From contig OZ241834.1 of assembly GCA_965202585.1 (NCBI GenBank), positions 26,970,001-27,034,000 on the forward strand: a stretch of 64,000 nucleotides of DNA, read 5' to 3'. Positions 1 through 12,399 of this stretch are shown here, piece by piece. Below the pieces are notes generated by a model, which was not told the origin of the DNA, did not search any database, and worked only from the letters and a program-made list of their open reading frames with translations. This stretch comes from Thalia democratica (lineage: Eukaryota). Every line of letters begins with the position of its first letter. Positions within the stretch are counted from its first letter, which is position 1. The position numbers and the translations under genes were made by a program.

Positions 1-33
1 TTTTAAATAGTAAAAACATTACAGAGCTATTTA

Positions 34-1296
34 CAGGGTTCGTGCGCGTCAGGCTAAATCAGGCTAAGTCAGGCTAAATCATTTTTTTTGAAAAAAGTTG
101 AAAATTGTCAGGCTAAATCAGTTTTTTTATTTAAAAATTTGAGAATCTCTGTTTTTCTCAGTTCAAATGCTTGAACATCTTTGATTAAAAAAAATCGAGA
201 AATCTTTTTATGATCAAATTGAAATGTGTTTTTATTTCTAAATAAAGATATAGTTATTAAAGACAAAATCAGTCAGTATTTGTAAAAATAAATGCTTAAA
301 ACCTTAAATTTTTTTAAGAACCTTCATTATTTTGTTTTGAGTAGATTATATATGTCATAATTATAAAAAATCATAAAAAAATACAGTTTAAATATTACAG
401 TATAGTTCAACAACTTATCTGTTTGTTTGAATTTGTTTGCATCAGCTATGTTTTTCAGAGCTTACTTGGTTGAACTGTTTTAATTTCTAATTTAAAGGCT
501 TTATACCAATACTTTTTAGATTAAAACTCTTAGCAGTTTATTAATATATTTTACTGTTTGTTTAAAGTGATTGGAGATATTCACAAGACTAAAACTTAGC
601 TTTAAGATATAAGTACTAGGTTTTGTTGGAATACAAATTTTAGGTACAATTCATTTTTCCTCAAAATTTTAAACGTTTTTTTCAAATTATAGTTTAAGCT
701 TTTTAAATCTGATATGACATCAACAATCACTGTATTTATTTAGAGTTTAGGATTTATAATTATGTATCAATTTTAAGTATTAGTCAAAATACTATAATAA
801 ACGTATTTTAATTATTTAATACTCATGTAAGCGTTTCATTTTAAATGTTAATAACACACGACAATGCACGTCGTTTTATTATAAATCTTCTGGTTATAAT
901 GTTTTTACTTAGTGCTTAATTAAATTGAACAATTGTGTTTAGTAATATATATTAAGTTTCTACACTAGTAATAGATTAGATATAACACTTATTTTAAAAC
1001 TTATCACTGAATTTGTTATGTTAAGGGCATAGGGGTGGGGGGTCAATCACCTTTTTCACAATTTAGTCTTATTTTATTGAGTTGTTACTAAGCTATGAGT
1101 TGCTTTCTGCATACTTTTGAAGCTCAAAATATTTTTGAGATAAAGCTGGTTGAAGTCGGAGACTATAGTAGTACTAATCAAGGCCCCCCAATACCTAAAA
1201 TGACTTCTAAAGGGGATTTTCCTTACTTTGAAAAAATGTCAGGCTAAATTGGTCTCAGTCAGGCTAAATGAAAAAAAAAATTGCGCACGAATTCTG
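34..1296. mobile_element. Non-autonomous DNA transposon (MITE-like, ~1.26 kb)
   Basis: Imperfect TIRs CAGGGTTCGTGCGC (34-47) and GCGCACGAATTCTG (1283-1296), 12/14 match. Flanked on both sides by TATTTA (28-33, 1297-1302). Subterminal TCAGGCTAA(A/G) repeats at 49, 59, 69, 108, 1239 and 1259. No ORF. Confidence 0.75.
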
Positions 1297-4200
1297 TATT
1301 TAGTAAAGCTAACACTTTGGTAAGTAAAAAAAAATGTTGTCATCACTATTAAGTATTTAATTATTTGTTTATATTGTATTTTTCATCAACACTATCTAAT
1401 AATTTAATAGTCTAGTAGTGTAATAGGTTATCTAATAGTACCTAAGTGGCTGCAAAACAGTATTCAATTTTCAAAGAATCCATGCAACAGTAATAACTAG
1501 TTACTTTAGTATCATCTTATTGAAATATTTTTAGCTGCCTTGTAACAGTATTTTAATATTAATTTTATTAAAAAAGTATAAACTATATTTTGCTCTTGTG
1601 TTGCTAACAATAATTACATTCTACTATTATGCTGCAGCTCCTTTAAGTAAGCAAATAGTTGAAATTTTTATTAATTTATTTACAGTTTTTTTCAGTAGTA
1701 TAAAAACAAATTTACTGTACAAAAACACCTACGCAAAGTTTAGATTGAAAAACTAAACAGGCCAAACAAATATTTGTCAATTTAGCTTTCTAGTTTGTAT
1801 AATCCATACGTGTAAAAACACAAGTGCACTCGATTGCCTACCTTTGCACAGGTAGAAAAATATTTTGTTGTTCCGACAACTACTTTACTTACTAGTTGTG
1901 TTAATACAAGAAATTTTTCATTTGAAAAAGTAAATGTTAAGTCTAGTTAGCTACTACAATGTTTTATAACTTTAAGTTTAGATAAATTATATATGTTCTA
2001 CATACATATGCTATATATTTTCAACCTAGCAAATAAACTCTGATTAATTTTTTAGCGACTCTTGCTCGTTTTTTGTAACTCAGTCTGTTTACTGCAGCAA
2101 TTTCTGTATTTGTTAAACATGTATAGATCTAAATGATAATAGATTTTTAAATAATTAATGTGCATTTACTTTTTAACAGAAAACTCCAGTGACAACAGTC
2201 AATGAAGTCTGCTGTGAATTTATGGTTTTTGTTGGATACTAATATTTTTTTCTATACAAGTAAGATTAAACCTCAGTTATTTGTGCTACTTTGAGTCATT
2301 AAAAATTAAAAATAATTTCTGTTTCGACGTGAAAATCAGTATGATACGTTTAACTAATTTTTGTATGTTTGACATTTTTATTTGTACAATTTTCATTTCA
2401 GCACACCTTTTATAAAACATGCTAATTTCGTTTGTGATTTCAAAACATTTCGTTTACAATTCGTTTTCGAGGGTGACGAGTATTTATTTGCTAGCCTTTT
2501 TTTTTAAACAAATTTCGTTCTATTTTTGTGGTGCTGACATTATTTTTTCGTGATCTTACAACCTACTAGCCCAGCAAAATGTATGCCGCCTGCTTTTTAC
2601 GAACAGCTCGTTTCAATTACTCGACATTCAACATTAAGTTTTTCTAATAAAACGCTTGTTGCAATATTAAAAACACGTTTGGTTTTGTATATACATATTT
2701 AACAAAGATGTGTGTTTTGTTGTGTAAAAAAAAACTCATTTTTATAAAATTATTTTAAGTTGTTGTAATGTTTGCTTTAAAAAATTTAAGGAGTCATGGT
2801 ATTAAAATTTACTTGACTTAAGTTGTAACTTCTTATCAAGAAGCAAAAATAAAGCAAAGCTATATATGTGAATACATAAAGCATTATGGTTTATTTAGGT
2901 GACTGGGAATAGTAAATAAACTAGTTCTTTGCTAAATAAGTTATCTTTTTAAAAATGATGTATGCTTCATTATTTCTCTACTATTATCCAATATGTCCAC
3001 ATTTTAAACTGCTGTATGAAGCTAACGTTAAAGTTATCATTAAATTGCTATCAAAAAAGCATTACAACGGAAGTAGTTGAAATTTTAATGCTAGTTTAAA
3101 ACTTTTTTGGTTTGAAAATCTTAAACACATTCAGTATTTTGTAGTGTTTAATACCTATGTAAACATTTCAGCCAGTATAAATTGAGCGCTATGTAAAAGT
3201 ACTTCTACTGTTAAGGTTGTTTATGACTTTATTAGGCAATTTTTAGATTATGTTCAAGTATCGATATTTCATTGAAACATTACAAGGTATTATAAGTTTT
3301 CTTTAAAATTCTTATGACATTAATGAAAAACTTTATTAAATGCATTTAAAATACATAAAAAATTATTGCCGTTTTTTTATTACTAGAATTTAAGAAAATT
3401 GTGAAAATTTTATGTTTTAATTAAAAAGAGCTTAGAACCCACGGACCATAAATTTTTCTTTATTACTTTCAACTAATTACTAATATCTTTTTTTAGATTG
3501 TGCTTAGTTCCAAACACTAAGTTACAAAAAAGTGTAGTAAATAATGGCTTTAGGACTAAAACTATATAAATATCTAATGTGTATAGTACTACAATTGATA
3601 ATTATATATACATAACTTTAAATTGTGTTTTTTCTTCGAAAACTTTGATCTTAAAACTGCACTCAGCAGGAACAATCATTTAAACTACAAAAAAAAAAAC
3701 TCGAAATACCTGGTATTTAAAAATAGGGAAAAAACCTGAAATTTTAAGAATAATTAGTTTAAAAATTTAAAATTTTGAAAAATTTCTACGACTAAAATAT
3801 TGAAGTTGATTTTTGATTAGATAAAAAATAACTTTTATATACAATGATTTTCTTAATAAGAATTTTAATTGTTATAAAACACATTTAAAGTAGCATTGTA
3901 GTATATTCTCGATAAATATTATTTTACTATTTAAATATTCAACCATATGCTAACAAGAAAACTTGTACTTTTAAAAATCTGGATGAAATTTCAAAAAAAA
4001 CTACTGACCACTCTAACTTAACATTTCAACTGCAGACTGAATATTAACCTTTCAAGACTAAAATTTGGATTAAATTTAGTAGAAATACTACAAACAAAAA
4101 ATTAACTTTAAATCATGGTAAAATAAAAATGTCTATCAGATTTGATTATAGCAAAGTTAATCTCATATAAAAGCTGTAATTTATTGGTTTGAGATCTTGT

Positions 4201-4649
4201 ATATTTTTATTTACTGTACAATGTTGAAATACTACATAATTGTCCATGTATTATGATTTGTTAGAGATGTTTAATTACAACAAATATGCATATGAGATTA
4301 TATAAATGTAATTATATAAGTATAATTCGAAGTACTTGAAACATGAATTCTATATAAAGTTTTAAAATATTATAGTTAAAGTTCCTTATATATATTTTGA
4401 GTTAGTGATAATATGAAGATATTTGTTAAGTTTATCTAAAGCTTATGTAAGTTATAAGTTTAAAAAAATATTTCATAACTATAAATTTCTATTTTTAGTA
4501 TTTTTACATACAAAAGTTTTTAAAATATAAAAACTTAGCACTAGAAGGTTAATGTTTAATAATAAGTTTGTTAAATTGCATGTAAATTTAATATAAGTTA
4601 AGAGACATTTCAAACTTCTGAAAAATATTTTATTCTCAGGTTTCTTACT

Positions 4650-4967
4650 GTATAAGTGTGCAACCTACGGCCTTCAAAGCTAAAATTTCTGGTCCGCAAT
4701 GTTATACTTTACTTAAGAATTTTTTTTGCAAATTAAATATGACTGAGCTTTTTTGTAAAAAAATTTTTTAAAATTAGATATTTATTCACTTATAGTACAA
4801 ATTAATGCTATTGAAAGTCTTTTCATTATTATTTAGCTTTTAACGAAATGTTTTATATTTAGTTAATAATGTTAAAAAAACTTTACCAGTACAGATATTT
4901 TAAAATTCAATAAAACACTTTCTAATAAATTTGTTCCGCCGACTAAAGAAGTTCTCCACCCTTACTG
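4650..4967. mobile_element. Decayed hAT-like MITE remnant
   Basis: Left end GTGTGCAACCTACGGCC...GGTCCGC and right end GTTCCGCCGAC...GTTCTCCACCC resemble hAT/Charlie-type MITE ends. TIRs are degenerate and no TSD was resolved. Confidence 0.35.
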
Positions 4968-5417
4968 TTTAACAACATCCTATTATGTTTTAAAATCGTT
5001 AAGTGAACACTTTTTACAAGCTACTGAAGTGTTTTTTCAATAAATTTCCTATTGAACTAAAACTCATTGTGATACATAGTGAGTTAATGAATTTATATAA
5101 GTTGTACTGTTTATAAGTACTAAAATCTCAGCAAGCTCCAAAAATTATCTTAATTTTATGGATTGCCAAAAATCATAGAATTTGATGATTTTTGAAAAAT
5201 CCTGGAATTTAAAACTTTTTCTCTAAAAACCTGGAATAATTAACCTTTGTAAAAACATTGTTTACATCTAAATAATTTATTTAAATGTTTTTTTAATAAT
5301 TTTGGTTTGTAAATAAAGTGTTAAAACAAATTAATGCACAAAATCGTTTGAAAAAAAAAACAAATTAAAGTATCAATCTAACTTTGAAACTTAAAAACAT
5401 TTTTTAAAAGTCTAAAC

Positions 5418-5791
5418 TAGGGTTTCCAAAATTTTCTTTTATAAGGACTGCATCAAAGAAATAAAAAAAGCTATGGCCCTCTGATAAGATTTCTCTGAAA
5501 AAATACCATTAAATACTCCTTTTTTTTCTCTTCATCATCTATTCCAAAATATCTAGTATAAGTTTCAAATTAGGACTTCAAGGCCCATAAATTTCTGAAA
5601 ATTTCCTGTAATATCTAGTATAAGTTTAAAACTACCCTTAAATACGCCTAAAACTTTTATTATTGCTCTTGATCATCAACTTTAGAATATCTGGTGTAAG
5701 TTTCAAGATAGGACCTCATGGCCTCCCCTTTGGCCCCTTTGCTGCTTATGGCCTCCTAAATTTCTGTAATGTTCTAATTTAGGAGACCCTG
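5418..5791. mobile_element. hAT-like MITE
   Basis: TIRs TAGGGTTTCCAAAATT and AATTTAGGAGACCCTG (13/16 match). 8-bp flanks GTCTAAAC and TTCTAAGC (6/8) fit a decayed 8-bp hAT TSD. Internal repeated GGCC(C/T)C motifs. Confidence 0.6.
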
Positions 5792-5999
5792 TTCTAAGCT
5801 ATATATAAGTATTATTTAACTCGATACTGTTATAAAATGTAGTAGTACATAAAAGTAGTTGAATAAGGCAAGATTAAAAAAAGCTGTTGTTAACTTATAA
5901 AGCTGCTGACTTAGTGTACAAATAAAATACAATAACTACAAAATATTTAGGTAAGCTGTAATACATCCATTATTTAATATAGCTTAGTATTTTGTCTAG

Positions 6000-6640
6000 A
6001 GGGAAAAACCATTTGTATTTTACTTTTTGTTTGACAGCTTTTAAAACGATTAAGTTAAAAAATGATAATAATACGTACAAAAACATAATACATATATCTT
6101 TCATGGTTTTTTAAACAACCTATTTTTTATTTTTTTCAAATTGAATAATGACATACAGAAGATCAAATTTGTCAAATGTGGTTGAAAAATCAATAACAGC
6201 AATCTTGCTAATGGGAAGATAAATATTATAAATTTGTTTCTTGAAACTGTGCAGAGATATTGTGAATTTGTCAACAAGGCAAATATTGCTGTTGTAATCT
6301 ACAATCTCTTCTTAAAGCACTATCAGTTTTTAAAAAGTTAAAAAGTTTCTGCAATTTTTTCTACTGGTAGTATCTTTAGCTTAGTGTTTGCTATTAAAAT
6401 ATCTGTTTTTATTTTGATTCAACTAGCTTGTCTAATGTTTCGTTTGTCACTCTTTCTTTTGATAGTTTTAGGGCACCGGACTTTGTTTATTATATTTTTT
6501 TACGTTAAAGTAGCAATAATACAGTTTCAAACATTTTAAAGAACATTTAAGGTAGTGGAATCGATAAAAGCTACTATTCTGCGCAAAAACGAAGTTTTTT
6601 GCACATTATACATTTTGGATTAGCGCGCTTTTTAAAACTG
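6000..6640 (-). mobile_element. Decayed non-LTR retrotransposon (LINE, CR1/L2-group-like) reverse transcriptase fragment
   Basis: Minus-strand translation with stops and frameshifts gives, in order, KKLRFCAE**LLSIPL..MFETV, PVP*, CFKKRL*ITTAIFALL, IAVIDFSTTFDKFD and KQKVKYK. These match the order of LINE RT motifs (LKxCAExLxxPL, PVPK, QFGFR..STxxAL, DFSKAFD, RxQxV). Confidence 0.6.
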
Positions 6641-8639
6641 ATTGAGAAAATTAATTATTGTCATTTTCAATAGTTTCATTAAAAGAAAGCCTTAATGGCC
6701 ATTTAGTTATAATGCTAGTGGAACTTGTTGTCAGGTTTTGACAATTAGAAACCTAAAAAAAAGTAATTGTAAAAAAGTAAAAGTAGTAAAAAAATAATTA
6801 TTGTGATATGTTTTTTAGTATTGATTAAAGTTAGAATCAGTTTTAACAAAGTTTTGGAACAATTTGATAAATAGATAGTAATAAGAATAAATGCAACACA
6901 GTAACTTAATAACAATTTCAATACAGAAAAATTATTATGTTAAGTTAAGCTTAAATTTATATTAATTGAACAAGTCTATTATACTTAATAACGAATAGAA
7001 TCATGTAAGAAAATCTTAAAGAGGTGCTACAAGTGTATATATTTAATTTTATTTTAACGAATAAATTTAACCAACTATAACAAAAATTTAGCCCAAAGTA
7101 GCCACTAGTGTATAACAAGTACAACAATATTTCTTTTAGGTTTATTTTGTTTACTACACTTTTAATGTTTTTTATCTCAGTAAATTATACGCTATCTTAA
7201 ACCTACCGCTGACTACGAACTTAAGGAACATACAAAAAAAGATAAAAAATAACTTTTTTTAGTTTTATGTTTTGAATTTCTGTCTTTGCATCTTAGTGCT
7301 AAATAGTTGTTACAATTGGTTAAGTTTGTTCGTAAAAATAAAACTAAATATATATCATTTAAATTTAAGAGCATGTAGTATATAAAATTTTTGTTTATCG
7401 TTTAGCTAAAAACACCAGTGACTAAATTAAGCTTTTAAAAAAAAGTCAATTGAATCAGTAAACATTTTGGTGCTTTATAAAAGGTTTGTCTAACTTAGTA
7501 TAGTTAAGCAACTATGTTGAAAAAAATTTCAACTATTTCTAGTCAAATTGAAAATGAACCCTTTGTTACTCATTAACATTAATGAGATTAAAACTTTTGA
7601 TATTTAAAAACGAATACAACCTAACTGTTTTAAAGTAAAGTTTATCTTGTAAAGTTTTAATGTTTACTAAAAGTACTTCAATCCGAAATAAAAAAATATA
7701 GCTACGTAAATCAAGACAGTATTAATTCAATTAAAAACTACAAAAGACATATATTTATTCAACGATCTCATAATTGTAATAAAAATATTCAGTTTGTCTA
7801 GATGTAAATGTCATATTGTAAATTTATTAAATAAATTTAAATTAGCTGTTCTTAAAAGAAAATAATTTTACAATTTAAATATAGGCACTAAGATCTTGCA
7901 TTGTTTGAAATTTGAGTTGAATATAATAACAGAACAATCAAAGAATAAATTAAAAATTATTACTAGTTTTTAAACAAAAATAACATTAAAAGAAATCAAA
8001 CAGACTTTAAAACAAAAACAAAAGTATTTATGTCAAACTTGTCTAAGTTATTATAAGTTAATATGATAATACCTGAAGATTTAGTAAATAAAAAATACTG
8101 TTATCAAATTGTTCTAAAGTTAAGAAAATAATTCAACTAAAACTAAACATTTGTACTGTAAAGTATTTAAAAAGTTTATACGTTTTATTAAGTACGTTTT
8201 ATTCTACAATTTTTAAAAAGGTGTTTAAAATGAGCAAAAACTTATTTACAAATAAAGCAAAACTAAAAACTTGCATAGAGTAGTGATCACAAAGCATACA
8301 AAACATTTTAATGAAAATCACTAGAGTTAAATTTTGTAAATTTTCAAACATGAAATAAGGGCTTAATTTAAATGAAATCAAGTATAATTAGAAAAATACT
8401 TTTAAAATATGACTATTAACGAATCTTAACTTGTATACATTCAAACTGTATGTTTAAGTTTTATGAACTAACATAAAACAATGTAAACTAAAGTATAATT
8501 TCAAACAAAACTACTTACATCAAAATCGTAAAAGAAGTTTAGACAAAACTAAATATCATCACTTCTATGATTAATACAGTCAATTTACCACAAAAATAAA
8601 AATAATCACCAAGTAGTATGTAGTCTAGCTTAGTATAAC

Positions 8640-8806
8640 TTATTTCTTTAGTACATTATTTCGCTTTCGTAAATCTTTATCTTCTTCAGAGTAATTTTTA
8701 AATTTATAATTTAGTTTTTCATCATATCCAGCTACTTCAAGCAACAAATTTATTGGTGGCTGGTCAGTACTGTGTATGTCCCGGTGAAAATACAACACTT
8801 TTCCTC
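8640..8806 (-). CDS. PRXL2C: PRXL2C-like terminal exon (RGKVLYFHRDIHSTDQPPINLLLEVAGYDEK...NNVLKK*)
   Basis: Acceptor TTACGTTAG, phase 1, stop TAA at 8642-8640. Confidence 0.88.
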
Positions 8807-11136
8807 CTAACGTAATTTCTTTAATTAACTTTTTTTTTCCTTTACTTTAAATAGTCAATTTTTTAAAGAATCATTTAGCTTATCAAACTATCAAAACTAA
8901 ATAAACTGATTAAAGTAAAACAAACTATTATAAATAAATATTAGAAGTTTACGTTTAAATTTTTTTTTTGAAACATCAATTCATCATGGAGTTATGTATA
9001 AAGTGTACAATATACATAACTAAAAGAAATAAATTATGTTGATTTGATAAAAATACTAACTTGAGCCAATGACAACTTGTCCCCCCTGCTGAAACATGGA
9101 CCCCTGACCTTTAGTGGTCATGAGGCAAGCTCTTTTAATTGACAGCAGGAAACGTTTGAGGCAGTTGTGCTCAAGAGGTCTTTTAGTGCTGAAATCTATA
9201 AATGTCAGAAACTAAATAAATATATTAGGAAACCTTTAGATTCACACAAATGTATATTATTAAAAAGAAAAGTAGTTTGGAAAGACAGTTATTTAAATAT
9301 AAAAAATAAATCGCTTATATTTGTAAGTGTATAGTGATTAAAGTCGTAAAACTATTTTGATTATTATTTCTTGAAAATAAGGTTTGATCATACTTATTCA
9401 ATCATCAGACCACAAGCCTTCGGTAGATTGAGACCGGTTTCGTCCTTATTAGGAACCAATTTATTTTTTGTACTACAATAGTTTTTATCGTGCAGTCCAT
9501 AAAGCAAAAACTTATGAAGATTTTAAACGTAAAAAAAAGCTTCATTTGGTTTTCAAGGAAGCTAATGATTTCAATAAACAAAGACCAAAATACTTTAGGA
9601 ATCATCTTAATTAAATAAGTTAACTTAAACAAAACTAACATAAAGAAAAAAAAATAAATAGTATTTTTTCAAAGTAAGTGGTACTTTTAAGTAATAAATA
9701 CATGTTTATTTCTACTTTTAAAAACACATTTACCTATCGTTGCTTTTGAATTATTTGGAAAAAGTTGTGCTGCTCGGTATATATGTAAGGTAGGGTCTGT
9801 GTAGATATAGTGTCTGTAATTCGTTTCCCTGCAGAAAGACACTAAGTTTTGGTGGCTCGCACTGGCTATCAGTACAATCCTAATTCTTAGTTTCTGTATT
9901 AGACATATAAAAAATTAAACACTCATTTTATATACTTTGGCATGGCATTTTAAATGTAAAGCAATATAAAATGATTTTGAACTAAACTAACGTTTAGGTC
10001 ATTCACTGTAAACTTCGAAAATTCTTTTATGTACTCGACTGTTGATTGTTCTACAAAGTTCTAAGAAAAACGTTACACATTATAGCTAGATTATAAAGTT
10101 TTTAATAAATTTATACACAACAGTAAATTAAAAAACTGAATATTAACTTTCAAAGTTTAAACACTGAAAAAAAAAATTAGGCAGGCAAGAAAATAACTTT
10201 TAAAAGGTTTCATAGTTACTATTTTTTTCAATTTTGATTGGTGATCTTCGCTAAATGTATATTGTAAAGCAAAATGTACATAGATTTATGATAAACCAGC
10301 ACTAAGTTATTAAGATATGGCGCTTAGAGATAGTATTTAAACAATCTTGTATAAAAAAATATTCTCTTAACAATTTAATTAAGTTATTTTTTTCTTAATA
10401 AGTTGTTTAAATAAAATTCAAAATTTATTTTCATGAATAAACTATTTAGTAATATGGTATAGGCCAAAACTGTTTTTTATATGTAAATAAAAATTTATGG
10501 TAGACTAAATACAAGTTTTTATGATTGAAATCTAAAGCCGTGTTACTTATTTTCTACAAAAAGATCAAAGTCAGTAGGTTGTAAAAAAGTTATGATAATC
10601 AGTAAAAATTTCTAAATTTTGTGTGAAAAAGCAGAATTTCTTTTTTACTCAAAATCAATTCTACAGACATAAAAGTACAGACTTTGAGTTTATAAAAGGC
10701 ACTTTTCTTGGTTTTTAAGCGCCAATATTTTGATACTAAGTACTAAATTTATGTTTAGAAGTTTAATGTCTTTAATTTTTTTCACATTTCTTTCACTGTA
10801 CATAAAACTTTAAAAATTTCTTTATTGTTCTTATTTTGGTGAAAAAACGCATGTTAAACGAAACTTTATTTTGAGTAAAATTTAAACCTCCCAAACAATT
10901 AAATTTAAGCTCAGTATCCTGACAAACAAGTATCAAAAATCTTAATCATTAATAAAAAAGCAACAACAAACCCTGCAAAATATGACGACACATGTGTAGT
11001 TATTCCTGACGTCTTTAAACCTTACTTTGTTCCCCTTGTAATCCTGCACATGCAAATTATCTACTTCTTTTAAGTTGAAAGGAATTTCAGGTAGCCTATG
11101 TATGTTCATCGAAGCCGGAATTAGCAGGTTTTCGCA
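8640..11136 (-). CDS. PRXL2C: Peroxiredoxin-like 2C (AAED1, AhpC/TSA-2 family) homolog; 5 coding exons, ~222 aa from the Met at 11109
   Basis: join(11136-10972, 10060-9992, 9893-9734, 9195-9061, 8806-8640); all introns GT-AG and phases compatible (0,0,1,1). The protein ...VVIFCR NFVEQSTVEYIKE..IYTDPTLHIYR..GSMFQQGGQVVIGS RGKVLYFHRD..DQPPINLLLEVAG parallels human PRXL2C VVVFVR HFLCYICKEY..IYVDPEREIYK..GDPAQQGGTLILGPG..FIHRD..DHKPINSVLQLVG. Start uncertain: ATG at 11109, or ATG at 12236-12234 spliced through a weak GTACAA donor. Confidence 0.9.
9061..9195 (-). CDS. PRXL2C: PRXL2C-like exon (DFSTKRPLEHNCLKRFLLSIKRACLMTTKGQGSMFQQGGQVVIGS)
   Basis: Acceptor CATTTATAG, donor GTTAGT, 135 nt, phase 1-1. 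Contains the QQGG motif. Confidence 0.9.
9359..9460 (-). ncRNA. Hammerhead-ribozyme-like sequence, apparently partial or decayed, in a PRXL2C intron
   Basis: Minus strand reads GTTCCT-AATA-AGGAC-GAAA-CCGG-TC-TCAATCT (stem II, GAAA, palindromic mini stem III, GUC) at 9456-9425, then CTGATGA at 9408-9402, followed by a hairpin and a second GAAA at 9370. No single complete canonical fold could be built. Confidence 0.3.
9734..9893 (-). CDS. PRXL2C: PRXL2C-like exon (KLRIRIVLIASASHQNLVSFCRETNYRHYIYTDPTLHIYRAAQLFPNNSKATI)
   Basis: Acceptor CTAATACAG, donor GTAAAT, 160 nt, phase 0-1. Confidence 0.9.
9992..10060 (-). CDS. PRXL2C: PRXL2C-like exon carrying the active-site position (NFVEQSTVEYIKEFSKFTVNDLN)
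   Basis: Acceptor TTTTTCTTAG, donor GTTAGT, 69 nt, phase 0-0. Aligns to HFLCYICKEYVEDLAKIPRSFLQ. Confidence 0.85.
10972..11136 (-). CDS. PRXL2C: PRXL2C-like coding exon (MNIHRLPEIPFNLKEVDNLHVQDYKGNKVRFKDVRNNYTCVVIFCR)
   Basis: Acceptor TTTTTTAG, donor GTTTGT, 165 nt, open in phase 0. Confidence 0.88.
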
Positions 11137-12399
11137 CTAAAAAATGTTAAAACATACAATTAGGGTTTAAAAACAAGTATAAAAAATGTGCAGATTAAAG
11201 TCTATGAAGCTAAAAGCTACAGGTGTCGAAAGTGAAGAACAACCACTAATTTATGTATTACGAGACCAGATTAAAGGAACTTAAAAAACGTTGCAAAATC
11301 GACTTAATGGCATCTCTGCAATTTATCCTTTTATAAATTTACAAGCGTTAAAACGTTCTAAGTAACATAATATGGCTAATGACACAAAAACGCAGTGTTT
11401 AAGCTTAATAAAGATATAAAATTCCAGAGCATATTTTGCATTACTCAAATCTATTGTTATGTAACACGTAATACTTTAATAGTTATCGCAGGCATTTTAA
11501 CCAACTTTAGTAAAATATTTACTTCAAAAGCTAAACTCGTATGACGAGTTTTTAAATTCAACATAATTAGCAATTAAAGTATACATAACGAAATAGTTTA
11601 AAAAGTTTTATACATCACATTTTTTAAATGGCTTTTCGCCAAAAAACACTTGAGTTTAATGTTCACCAAGGAATTTTAGATTTCCATCTTGACCCTACCG
11701 ATAAAGAAGTTAGAGTTAATCTACATTATAAAATTACTCAAGCTATTCTTAGCAACTGAGATTGATTATCTTATCTAATAGCTAAATTTAACAAAGCGTC
11801 AACATAGCGTCATGCACTAAAAACTCTATTTTTATTGGAAAACGTGATGCATTAAAACTAAATCTTTAGACTTCTCCTACTATTAATTTCAGTTTTTTCG
11901 TTTTCAATTTTGATAATGTGCTAGTACTATTACGCTAGTTTTAAACTTCTTTATATTCAAATATAAACCTTGTTTTAAACTTATACACTGCATTGTAATA
12001 AAACTTTTTTTACTATTTTTATTTATTTTTTTACTTGTCAATTATTCTTACTAAAATCATAGAAAATTAAATTAAAAAACTTAGTATTCGTTTGTAGGTT
12101 TTTTACATAAAATCAAAACTAGACAAAGCTTTATTTTGATATTACTGATTAAAACTAAAAAAAAAAACTTTTGAAATATTACTATATTAGAAATTCATAA
12201 AAAACTCACTTTCTTACAGATGCAGGTTTGTACCATGGCAGATTACAAAAAAAAAATCTAACATTTGTTAAAAAACACAAAAAATTCAAACTTGTGACAT
12301 CTCTCAGCCTAAAAAATTGCAATTTAACAACCAAAAAACCAAAAAATCACTTATCAGCGCTGTCGAAGCCTCTAACTGCCAACAACACTTAATAAAAAA

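Noticed and set aside
1790-2700. Possible small spliced gene (minus-strand candidates 2251-2170 and 2128-2026; plus-strand ATGs near 2579-2583) beside a CpG patch
   Set aside because: Several mutually incompatible frames, a 41-nt intron would be required, and no recognisable protein results. It may be a promoter or lncRNA; RNA-seq is needed.
9393-9401. TTGAATAAG on the minus strand matching the 3' end of the Ciona spliced leader
   Set aside because: Only 9 AT-rich bases, with no SL donor or Sm-site context; expected by chance.
11667-11720. Candidate extra PRXL2C exon with a GTGAAC donor
   Set aside because: No acceptor/phase combination keeps the frame into the 11136 exon. At most a 5'UTR exon.
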